Below are positions 15,560 to 27,500 of a stretch of DNA of 64,000 nt, in pieces. Where the stretch lies: assembly GCF_009914755.1 (NCBI RefSeq), contig NC_060932.1. One strand, given 5' to 3'. The notes below the pieces were generated by a model. That model searched no databases, was not told where the DNA came from, and worked only from the letters and a program-made list of their open reading frames with translations. Both the position numbers and the translations under genes were made by a program. The stretch's first letter is position 1; each line of letters starts with the position of its first letter. The stretch comes from the human T2T-CHM13v2.0 reference genome, Homo sapiens.

Positions 15560-16845
15560 TGAGAGGTGACAGCGTGCTGGCAGTCCTCACAGCCCTCGCT
15601 TGCTCTCGGCGCCACCTCTGCCTGGGCTCCCACTTTGGCGGCACTTGAGGAGCCCTTCAGCCCACCGCTTCACTGTGGGAGCCCCTTTCTGGGCTGGCCA
15701 AGGCCGGAGCTGGCTCCCTCAGCTTGCAGGGAGGTGTGGAGGGAGAGGCGCGAGCGGGAACCGGGGCTGCGCATGGCACTTGCGGGCCAGCTGGAGTTCC
15801 AGGTGGGTGTGGGCTTGGCGGGCCCCACACTCGGAGCAGCTGGCTGGCCCTGCTGGGCCCAGGCAATGAGGGGCTTAGCACCCAGGCCAGCGGCTGCGGA
15901 GGGTGTACTGGGTCCCCCAGCAGTGCCAGCCCACCGGCGCTGCACTCGATTTCTTGCCGGGCCTTAGCTGCCTTCCTGCGGGGCAGGGCTTGGGACCTGC
16001 AGCCCGCCATGCCTGAGCCTCCCACGCCCTCCGTGGGCTCCTGTGTAGCCCGAGCCTCCCCGATGAGTGCCGCCCCCTGCTCCATGGCACCCAGTCCCAT
16101 TGACCACCCAAGGGCTGAGGAGTGTGGGCACGGCACGGGACTGGCAGGCAGCTCCACCTGCAGCCCCTGTGCGGGATCCACTGGGTGAAGCCAGCTGGGC
16201 TCCTGAGTCTGGTGGGGACGTGGAGAACCTTTATGTCTAGCTCAGGGATTGTAAATACACCAATCAGCACCCTGTGTCTAGCTCAGGGTTTGTGAATGCA
16301 CCAATCGACACTCTGTATCTAGCTACTCTGGTGGGGCCTTGGAGAGCCTTTGTGTTGACACTCTGTATCTAGCTAATCTGGTGGGGACGTGGAGAACCTT
16401 TGTGTCTAGTTCAGGGATTGTAAATGCACCAATCAGCGCCCTGTCAATACAGACCACTTGGCTCTACCAATCAGCAGGATGTGGGTGGGACCAGATAAGA
16501 GAATAAAAGCAGGCTGCCCGAGCCAGCAGTGGCAACACGCTCGGGTCCCCTTCCACACTGTGGAAGCTTTGTTCTTTTGCTCTTTGCAATAAATCTTGCT
16601 ACTGCTCACTCTTTGGGTCCACACTGCCTTTAAGAGCTGTAACACTCACCACGGAGGTCTGCAGCTTCACTCCTGAGCCAGCGAGACCACGAACCCACCA
16701 GAAGGAAGAAACTCCGAACACATCTGAACATCAGAAGGAACAAACTCCAGACACGCTGCCTTTAAGAACTGTAACACTCACCGCAAGCGTCCACGGCTTC
16801 ATTCTTGAAGTCAGTGAGACCAAGAACCCACCAATTCCGGACACA
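15560..16845 (+). mobile_element. 3' LTR (LTR12C-like), 1286 bp
   Basis: Same termini as the 5' LTR with one fewer 119-bp U3 repeat. Confidence 0.93.
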
Positions 16846-19476
16846 ATATCATCCTCTCCCCTCCTAAATGTTAGAAACAGTATCACAAGGGGGGTGTACA
16901 CTCCCTGCGATATTGGAAGTAACATCATCCTCCTTCCCCTCTATATCAGGAACAATATCACGTAGGGGGTGTACACTTAATGCAATATTGGGAGTAATAT
17001 TATCATTTCTCTCCCCCCAGATATTAGGAACAATATTACAGTGGGGGTGTACACCCCCTGTGATATTGGGAGTAATAATATCTTCTCCCCCCTTGATATT
17101 ATGAACAATATCACAAAGGGGGCGTACACCTCCTGCGATATTGGGAGTAATATCATCCTCTCTGTCCCTGGATATTAGGAACAATGTCACAGTGGGAGTG
17201 CACACTCCCTGAGATATTGGGAGTAATATCATCATCTTTCCCATTGGAAATTGGGAAAAATATCACAAGGGGGGTATACACCCCTTGTGATATTGGTAGT
17301 AATACCATCCTTTCCCCCACTGGATATTAGGAACAATATCACAGAGGGAGTGTATACCCCCTGTGATATCGGGAGTATTACAAGTAATGGTAGTAATATC
17401 ACAGTATTACTAGTAATATCCTAGGGAGATATTACTTCTAATATCACAGTGGGTGTACATCCTGTGATGTTACTTTTAATATCCTGGGAAGATATTATTC
17501 CTAATATCACAGGTGTAACCCTGTGATATTACTCACAATATACTAGGGAGATACTACTCCTATTATCAAAGTGGGTGTACATCATCTGATATTATTTGTA
17601 ATTTCCTAGGGAGATATTACTTTTAATATTACAGTTGGTGTATACCATGTGTGTACAACCTGTGATACTACTCGTAATATCCTAGATAGATGTTATTCCT
17701 AATATCACAGTTGGTGTACACTCTGTGATATTACTCATAATATTCTAGGGAGATATTACTCGTAATACCCTAGGGAGATATTACTCTTAATATTAGACTG
17801 GGTGTGCAACATGTGTGTATTCCCTTTGATATTACACGTAATTCCCTATGAAGATATTGCTCCTAATATCACAGTGGCTGTATCCCATGTGTATACAACC
17901 TGTAATATTATTCATAATATTTTAGAGTTATTACTCCCAATATCACAGTGGGTGTACATTATGTGTGTACACCCACTGTGATATTACTCTTAAAATCTGA
18001 GGGAGATATCACTTCTAATATCATAGGGGGAGTACAGCATTTGTGTACACCCACTGTGATATTACTCATAATATCCTAGAGAGATATTGCTCCTCACATC
18101 ACAGTGGGTTTGCACCATGTGTGTACACCCTGTGATATTACTCATAATATGCTACAGATATATTACTTCTAATATCACAGTGGATATACATTATATGTGT
18201 ACACCCTGTGATATTATTGGTAATACCCCAGGGTGATATTACTCCTAATATCATAGTGGGTGTAAAACATGTGTGTATTCCCTGTGATATTACATATAAT
18301 ATCCTATGGAGATATTGTTGCTAATATCACAGTGGGTGTACCCCATGTGCATACACTCTGTGATATTTTTCATAATATCCTATAGAGATATTATTTCTAA
18401 TATCACAGTTGGTGTACACCATGTGCATACACTCTGTGATATAACTCTTAAAATTCGTGGGTCATATTACTCCTAATTTCACAGTGGGTGTACACTGTCT
18501 GATATTATACGAAACATCCTAGAGAGATATTACTCCCAATATCATAGTGGCTTTACATGCTGTGATGTTACTCGTAACATTCTACAACGATATTACAGCT
18601 AATATCACATTGGGTGTACACACAGTGATATTACTTTTAATATCCTACGGAGATATTACTTCTAATATCACAGTGGGTGGACACCCTATCATATTACTCG
18701 TAATATTTTAGGTAGCTATTACTCCTTATATCACAATGGGTGTACACCTTGTGATAATAGTAGTAATATCCTAGAGAGATATTTCTCCTAAATGACAGTG
18801 GGTGTACACCATGTGTGTACACCGTATGATATTACTCAGAATATTCTAGGGAGCTATTAGTCATAATATCACAGTGGGTGTACACAATGTGAGTACATTC
18901 TGTGATATTACTCGGAATATCCTAGGGAGATATTACTCTGTGGGGGTGCACGTCAACATATTCAAGCTTACGTACATGGCATTTGAGGTCGGGGCATGGA
19001 AAAATACTGAGGCACTGTGTGTATGTTATTTGTGCATAAGAATGTAACTCCTTGACCTGAAAACAGGACAAGGAGTGGAGTGTGTGATAAGGAACGCTGA
19101 AAACAGCCTCCTGAGAATGCGGTTTGAGTGCTTTTACAAGGCTACGGGTGTCTCACGACCCGATCTCAAATGGCCATCTAGTGGATGTTTGTGGTTTAAC
19201 AAGCCCTTTCAATAAATACTTAGCGTACGGATGCTGGGGTGGCACTTTCTCAGAAGAGCTGTCCCCCTCCGCGCTCAGCTAGAATTGTCTGAAAACTCAT
19301 TCTTGGCGTTCCCTGCAAGCTATAAGCTTTGTAAGTGGTGCCCCCAGTGTGATCGCCTTGAAGTTACGCGTGAAGTTGGAAAACTCATCAATTTTCGGGG
19401 AATCCCGGTAAGGGACAGTCCTGACTCCCATCAGGAGGACGGTATCCACGCGTAAACTACCAGGGGTTGGGTTATC

Positions 19477-20890
19477 ATGGGTCAAGATTTGACCAAAGAA
19501 CAGAAAGTATTTTTTTAAAACAGTGCAACAGCTACTTAAGGCTATCCAGTGCACTGTAGAGCCTGGAGCTCTACACAAGCTTTTGTTTTTAATTCGGCAG
19601 GAATGCCCTCTGTTTCCTGATCAAGGAACCTTAGAATTATTTATGGGTGCAGGTAGTCCGCTGCCCGGAAAGAGGATATGAGCAAGGCCATTTTAACTAT
19701 TTTGACCACCTGAGCGCTGGTACGCTCCGCGTTGTAGCCTCTTTTTCTGCCGGATTGCGGTGAGTCAGGCTGCCCATCTTCTCCGCCTGAAGGGAATTCA
19801 GGAGATTTAAAGGAGAAGGAAAAACAGGAACCAAGACAACAGGGAGAGACTCCTCCCCACTCTTCATTCCCTTCTATGGGGGCTAAAGAAGAGATTTTTG
19901 CTAGTGAGGATGAGGACAGACCGGAGCCTTTTCCTTCCCCTATAGAAAAGTCATTGCCCTCCTTTCCTCCACCCTTAAAGGGACCTGCATCCGTTGGCCC
20001 CATTCAGCCAACAGCGCCTCCCATCCGCCTTGAGGAGATTGGAGGCCGCCCAAGAGATGGTTCTTGGATAAGACCTCGGTCAGTCTTAGTAGACGGGGGC
20101 CTCGGGGGCCTCCAAGAGGGACTTCGGAAGGGAGACTCTGAGGCGCTTTTTGGCGCATTCCTTGTTATTGTTCAAAACAACAGGAGACGTCATGAGAGTT
20201 TGCCTTTTACTGCCTTTGAAGAGTTAAAGAAAAGTATTCATGAAAATGGTGTACATTCACCCTTTACGCAGGGGATGATTGAGGCTTTGGGAAATGGTTA
20301 TAAGATGACTCCACATGACTGGAAAACTTTACTAAAACTTTTGGTTTCACCTGCTGAATATACTGTGTGGTGGAGTGAGTCCAGTGATTTAGCCGTGTAG
20401 CAATCCTTACACAATTTGGATAATAATATCCCCATGCAACTTGATATGCTATTGGGAACAGGGCCTTTTGCTTCAACTCAGGCTCAGGCTTAGGCTCAGG
20501 CAGATAGCCGTCTATTTCCTCAATGCTCACAGCTAACAATACAAGCATAAAAAATACCCATAAGACAATCCCAGGGTTCCTTTATGATAGTTAAACAGGG
20601 TGCCACAGAAACATACATTGAATTTATCAACTGATTGCAGGCTGCAATAAAAAAACAGGCACCCTATCCTAAAGCTGCCAAACTTCTTATGTTGTAATTG
20701 GCTTTTGAAAATGCAAATAAGGATTGTCAGGCAGCAATAACTCCAGTCCGAGCCACTGCCACTGAAATCAGCGTGTTTATTAAAGTGTGCCAGAATATAG
20801 GCACTACAACCCATCTGGCTCAGACCTTTGCTGCAATGTTGACTGGGGCCACGTATTATAATTGTGGCCTAACTGGGCATATGGCCAAAA
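19477..20890 (+). pseudogene. HML-type gag, decayed
   Basis: MGQDLTKEQKV..., capsid KKSIHENGVHSPFT...PHDWKTL, MHR-like VKQGATETYIEFI, FENANKDCQ, and a truncated zinc knuckle YYNCGLTGHMAK. Confidence 0.85.
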
Positions 20891-22020
20891 TAACCCCACT
20901 ACTCTTTTCCTACTGTTAAACAAGAAACAATTTCATACTCTCCTAGCTTGTGATCTTGATTGGCAAGTAGCAATGACTGACTTTATTGGTAATATCAGCT
21001 TTCATTGACCAGCCTCTAAACTCCTGAACTTTTTACAAACTGTGCCTGTTAAATTTGTATTTATGTTGTCTCTGAGCCCTTGCTTCACGCCACTTCTGTC
21101 TTTACAGATGGTTCAGGAAAAACTGGAAAGGCAACTATAGTGTGGCAAGATGCCACGCAGAACTGGCAGCACAAAATCCAGGAACGTTTTAAAACTACGC
21201 AACAGGCGGAGTTAGGTGCCCTCATATTGGCCTTACAAACTTTTCCTCACCATGACATAAATATGATGATAAAGTGATTCCTCTTATGTGGTGTAGTATT
21301 ACTGATTTAGATCTTGCACATGCGAAGGGCATTACTAATGAAACCCTACTAGCTTTGTTTCTTACAGCACAAGAGCTCCTCTGTGCCTGTCATCACCCTC
21401 TTTACATCACACATATTTGCTCTCATTCTGGGCTATCTAGTCCTTATCAGAAGGGAACCTTCGAGCTGATGCTCTGGTACAAACACAGATGTGGTTTGCA
21501 GAGTCTCCTGCCTTTTTGCAAGCTCAAGCTGATCATTGTTTTTTTTTTCATTAGAACGCCCACAGTCTTAAACAACAGTTTCATTTGACACTTGCTCAAG
21601 CTCTCATGATTATTAAAACTTGTCCTGATTGCCAATGACATTCTCTTTCCCCCTTTTCCTTAGGGCTTGGTACCAACCCACGAGGTCTGGTGCCTAATGT
21701 TATTTGGCAAACTGATGTTACTCAGTATCCATCCTTTGGACGTTTCAAATTTCTCCAAGTTACCGTAGACGCTTATACAGGCTTAATACATGCTACCCCC
21801 TGGACTGGAGAAATAAACTGAAGATGCAATTGCTCATCTTTTTGAATCTCTTATGACTTTAGGTCTTCCACAAACTATTAAAACTGATAATAGACCTTGC
21901 TATCTTAGTGCTCGATTTGCACATGTATTGCAACTTTGGCACATACAACACAAAACTGGTATTCCTTATAACTCAACCAGTTATTAAACAAACTCATCAA
22001 ACAAACAAAAAAGGGGGAAT
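20891..22020 (+). pseudogene. HML-type pol remnant (tether, RNase H, N-terminal/core integrase)
   Basis: FTDGSGK, QQAEL and HICSHSGL (RNase H); CPDC, WQTDVTQY and IKTDN (integrase). No dUTPase, protease or RT motifs. Confidence 0.85.
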
Positions 22021-22069
22021 ATGGGGCTCTCTTCTCTAGAATAGGACCTGTCATTGGAGAATTGACTGA

Positions 22070-24558
22070 CAATGACGGTGATGACTCAGAAGGCACCTGA
22101 CATTACCTGGGGACCGCTAAAGAAATTGGACCAACAGGCAACTATCCGGCTTGCCGCTGTGGAGGCCCCTGCAACTGCAGAGAATCAGTTTCTTATGTAA
22201 CTGGCGGTAATTGGGGAAACTTCTGAGAAAAGTAAGACAGACACAGATGTTGGGCTGGTTGGTAATTCTTGTCCTTTGCCAAGTGAGATCAGCTCAAGAA
22301 CATGTTTATTGGAGTCATATTCTAAATCCCCTTGTTTTTAATGTTATTACACAGTGGGATGCTGACCTGCCTTTGTTATCTAATGATACTTCTTGGACAG
22401 GAGGTCGATAGGTGTCCCTGTCATACCCCTTAACTGAAAATTTGGGATGGATTAAACTTAATGACTCCTTGATTTTATTGTTTAGTAATCCCCTCTTTGT
22501 TTTTCCACAATAGCACATGGTAAGTGTGTTACTCTCATTCCTCAGGAGTATCTTAACTATCAGCCTAAAAGGGATGCTAAGCTTGCAAACTTGACCTTTA
22601 TTTCTGCTGTTACTACTAATCTTACTAAGGTCTCTCATGAAGCTGTACAAGTGCCTGATCTTCCTATATGCCGTCCGAGTGGGGACTGGTGATATAAGTT
22701 TGAGGCTGTCCAGTGGTCTCCATGCAGACAATCTGCACCATGTCAAGGGCCTCTGTTTAATAATGGCACCTTACTTGATTGGGGTCCCCATGGTTATCTT
22801 ACGTCTGCAAATCAGACTATATTGGGTTTGGGAGTCCCTCCAATAGTTCTATCACCTGGTCAGAGTATGGGCTTTCAGGACCAATATTACAACTAAAAGG
22901 GAAACAAGCTTTAAGCCCTGTTCATACCCAGATTTGGAGATTAGGACTTCCTTTTTTTTTTGAATGAGTTCTTTCACATGGTGAGTACATTACTAAGGGC
23001 AGCACCTATACCCTCTCTTTGCATAATAATGTTACTGACACAGTCCTGATTTGTACTATGCACCCCTATATACTTTTGTTTGGGCGAGGTGTTCCTAACA
23101 TAAAACAGAATCAGACCTTTTATAGTATTAAAGTCTCTTCCAGTACTTGGTATGCTACATGCTTGTCTTATCAAAACGTTACACAGTTAAGTATAACCTA
23201 CGTCATGATCTTAAAACGGCATGCAGAAATGTGGCTGCCTGTAAATTTAACCTGGAGCTGGGAAGGAAATTCCACCCAGCAGCTATTTAGAAAAGCACTG
23301 TCTCATGCTCAGAAAAAAAGATTTCTGGCCACTTTAATTGACTTTTTAGTCTCAGCTATTATCATACTAGCAACTGCTGCTACTGCAGCTGTCTCTCTAA
23401 CAGGATCTATTCACATAGCCTCAGTGGTGAACCACATGGTATATAATGTAACCCATGAATTTCAGGAACAGGTAAATATTGATAAAACTATTCTGTCTCA
23501 CCTGGAGGCTCTTGAAGCCGCAGTTGAATGGCTGGGGGGTCAGCAGCAGGCATTCATTACCCATCAAAATTTACATTGTGATTGGCAATATAATCCTATC
23601 TGTGTCACACCTCTGCCATATAATAGCTCCCAATATGCTTGGGAGAGAGTGAAAGCACACCTGCAAGGGGCTTATCACAACCGTATTTCTTCTCAAATTT
23701 CTACTCTTGAATGTGAGTTAAAGAAACAACTTGAAGAATGGTCGCAGCAATTACAAGCAAATACCCTTCAGCAATTACAAGAGGGCTTTGTGGTTAAACA
23801 TGAACACTTGGTTGTCTGGGTGATACTGTAATGCCCAACCTGGTTTTTACTAACCCTGTTTTTAGACTCTCCCTTTCCTTTAATCACCTAGCCTTGTTTC
23901 CACCTGAATTGACTCTCCCTTAGCTAAGAGAGCCAGACAGACTCCATCTTGGCTCTTACACTGGCAGCCCCTTCCTCAAGGACTTACCTTGTGCAAGCTG
24001 ACTCCCAGCACATTCAAGAATGCAATTAACTGATAAGATACTGTGGCAAGCTATATCCACAGTTCCCAGGAATTCGTCCGATTGATAACGCCCAAAGCCC
24101 CGGGTCTATCACCTTGTAATAGTCTTAAAGCCCCTGCACCTGGAACTGTTTACTTTCCTGTAACCACTTATCCTTTTAACTTTTTGCCTACTTTACTTCT
24201 GTAAAATTGTTTTAACTAGACCCCCCCCTCCCCTTTCTAAACCAAAGTATAAAAGAAAATCTAGCTCCTTCTTCGGGGCCAAGAGCACTTTGAGCGTTAG
24301 CCGTCTCTTGGCCGCTGGCTAAATAAACGGACTCTTAATTCGTCTCCAAGTGTGGCGTTTTCTCTAACTCGCTCAGGTACAACAATACATACACATTTGG
24401 GTGTTGGCCGCTATACTTACTCTTTTTTGTGTCTGTTTGCTAGGTGTCTGCAGATGGCTCTGTGCTGCCACCCGGCACATCTATGAACAGGGAAGAATGA
24501 TAGAACCTTACCTTGCATTGGATGACCAGCACGCTCTAAGAATTGAAGAAGGGGGAGA
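22070..24558 (+). pseudogene. HML-type env, decayed and interrupted by a solo LTR
   Basis: Signal-like LGWLVILVLCQV, YWSHILNP, cleavage site QKKR|FLATLI, CX7C (CDWQYNPIC), and a membrane anchor that resumes after 24388. Confidence 0.85.
23827..24384 (+). mobile_element. Solo class I LTR (LTR6/HERV-S71-like), 558 bp
   Basis: TGTAATGCCC...GGTACAACA flanked by 4-bp TSD ATAC (23823-23826 and 24385-24388), with internal TATAAAA and AATAAA. Family name from memory. Confidence 0.82.
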
Positions 24559-27500
24559 TGTGGCGGGGTGCACATCAACGTATTCAAGCTTACGTACATG
24601 GCATTTGAGGTCGGGGCATGGAAAAATACTGAGGCACTGTGTGTATGTTATTTTTGCATAAGAATGTAACTCCTTGACCCTGAAAACAGGACAAGGGGTG
24701 GAGTGTGTAATAAGGAACGCTGAAAACAGCCTCCTGAGAATGCGGTTTGAGTGTTTTACAACGCCGTAAGTGCCTAAAGTAACCGACCTCAAATGGCCAT
24801 CTAGTGGATGTTTGTGGTTTAACAAGTCCTTTCAATACTTAGAGGACCGATGCTGGAGTAGCACTCTCTCAGAAGAGCTGTCACCCCGACCCCCACCCCG
24901 CTCAGCTGGAACTGTCTGAGAACTCATTCTTAGCGTTCACTGCAAGCTATAAGCTTTGCATTACTCCTAATATCATAGTGGGCATACACCATATGTGTAT
25001 ACACTGTAATATTACTCGTTATATCCTAGGCAGATATTATGAGTAATATCACAGTGGTTATATGTTCTGTGATATTACATGTAATGTCCTAGAAACATAT
25101 GATGCCAAATATCACAGTGGCTGTACACCCTGTGATATTACTCCTAAAGTCCTAGGGAGATATTGCTGGTAATATCAAAGTGGGTGGACACCCTATAATA
25201 TTACTTCTAATATCCTCGGGAGATATTACTCCTAATATCACAGTGGATGTACACACTGTGATATTACTCATAATATCCAAGATAGATATTACTCCTAATA
25301 TCACAGTTGGTGTACACCCTGTGATATTACTCATAATATCCAAGATAGATATTACTCCTAATATCACAGTTGGTGTACACCCTGTGATATTACTCATAAT
25401 ATCCAAGATAGATATTATTCCTAATATCACAGTTGGTGTACACCCTGCGATATTACTCATAATATCCTAGGGAGATATTACTCGTAATATCGCAGTGGGC
25501 ATACACCCGTTGATACTACATGTAATATCCTAGGAAGACATACTCCTAATATCACATTGGGTGTATACCCTGTAAAAGTACTCGTAATACCCTAGGGAGA
25601 TATTTCTCCTAAATCAGAGTGAATGTACACAATGTGTATACACCCTGTAATATTACTTGGAATATCCTAGGGAGATATAACTCCTAATAACACAGTGGGT
25701 GTACACCATGTGTTTACACCCTGTGATATTACTCGTAATATCCTAGGGAAATATTACACCTAATATCACAGTGGATGTAGAACATGTGTGTACACCCTGT
25801 GATATTACTCATAATATCCTGGGAAGATATGTCTCCTAATATCAAAGTAGGTGTACACTGTATGATATTACTTGTAATATCCTGAGGAGATTTTACTTTT
25901 AATATCACAGTGGGTGTACACCATGTATGTATTAAATGTGATATTACTCATAATATCCTAGGAAGATATTATTCCTAATATCATAGTAAGTGTTCACCTG
26001 GTGATATTAATTGTAATATTCTAGGGAGATATTACTCCTAATATCACAGAGTGTGTACACCATGTTTGTACACCCTGTGATATTATGCATAATATCCTAG
26101 AGAGAGATTACTCCTAATATCACAGTGGGTGTAAACCCTATGATATTGCTTATAATATTCTAGAGAGATATTACTGTTTATATCACAGTGTGTGTACACG
26201 ATGTGTGTACACACACCGTGATATTACTCATAATATCCTAAGGAGATACGACTCATCACGATGGGTGTACACCATGTGTGTAAACCCTGTGATATTACTC
26301 ATAATACCCTAGGGAAATATTACTCCTAATATCTCAGTGGGTGTATGACATGTGTGTATTCCCTGTGATATTACATGTAATATCCTATAAAGACATTGTT
26401 CCTAATATCACAGTGGGTGTACACCATGTGCGTACACCTTGTAATATTACTTATAATATGTTAGCGAGATATTACTCCTAATATTACAGTGGGTGTATAT
26501 CATGGGCTTACATCCTGTGATATTACTCATAATATCCTAGAGAGATATTACTCCTAATATCACAGTGTGTGTCCACAATGTGTGCACACCCCATGATAAT
26601 ACTCATAACATCCTAGGGAGATATTACCCCTAATATCACAGAGGGTGTACACACGTGGTACACATAATATCCTAAGGAGATATTACTCACAATATCACAG
26701 TGGGTGTACACCCTGTGATACTACTACTAGTAATATTCTAGGAAAATATTACTCCTAATATCATAGTGGGTGAACATGGTGTGATATTACCAGTAATATC
26801 ATAGGGAGATATTACTTTTAATATCACAGTGGGTGTTCACCCTGTAATATTACTCATAATATCTTACGGATATATTACTCCTAATTTCACAGTTGGTGTA
26901 CACCATGTGTGTATACCCTGTGATATGACTCATAATATACTAGACAGGTATTACTCCTATTATCATAATGGGTTTACACCATGTGTGTACACCCTGTGAA
27001 GCTACTCTTAATATACTTGGAAGATATTACTCCTAATATCACAGTGGGTGTACACCATGTGTGTACACTATGTAATATTACTCATAATATAGTAAGGAGA
27101 TATTGCTCCTAATATCACAGTGGGCATCCACCATGTGTGTACACCCTGTGATATTACTCATAATACCCTAAGGAGATATTACTTCTAAAATCAGAGTGGG
27201 TGTACACCACATGTGTACACCCTGTGATATTACTCCCAACGTCCTATGCAGATAATACTCTTAATATCACAGTGGTTGCACACCCTGTGAAATTACTCAT
27301 TATAACCAACAACACATTACTTCAAATACCACAGTGGGTGTACATTCTGTGATATTAGTCAATGTCCTAAAGAGATATTACTTATAATATTACAGTGGGT
27401 GTATAAAATGTGTGTACACCCTGTATTATTTCAAGTAATATTCTAAAAACATATTACTGCTAATATCATAGAGGGTGTACACCCTGTGATATTACTGATA

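Larger units (their letters stand above)
8348..16845 (+). mobile_element. ERV9 (HERV9) provirus with two LTR12C-type LTRs; integrase and most of env deleted
   Basis: TG...CA LTRs, 4-bp TSD ATAT (8344-8347 and 16846-16849), PBS, gag-pro-RT-RNaseH, env remnant, and PPT AGAGGGGGGA just before the 3' LTR. Confidence 0.95.
4591..17380 (-). repeat. Satellite domain B' (same unit, inverted; split by the ERV9 provirus)
   Basis: Unit TGCGATATTGGGAGTAATATCATCCTCTCCCCCCTGGATATTAGGAACAATATCACAGGGG is the reverse complement of domain B. Present at 4591-8347 and 16846-17380. Confidence 0.85.
18939..24960 (+). mobile_element. Betaretrovirus-like (HERV-K/HML supergroup) provirus, internally deleted; exact family uncertain
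   Basis: LTRs of about 400 bp (18939-19333, 24559-24960), 6-bp TSD TTACTC (18933-18938 and 24961-24966), PBS TGGTGCCCCCAGTGTGATC at 19336, PPT GAAGAAGGGGGAGA, class II gag/IN/env motifs. Confidence 0.92.

Noticed and set aside
23019-23831. 270-aa env ORF as a possible co-opted syncytin-like gene
   Set aside because: It lacks the signal peptide and the upstream env has stops. It is frameshifted and cut by a solo LTR before the membrane anchor.
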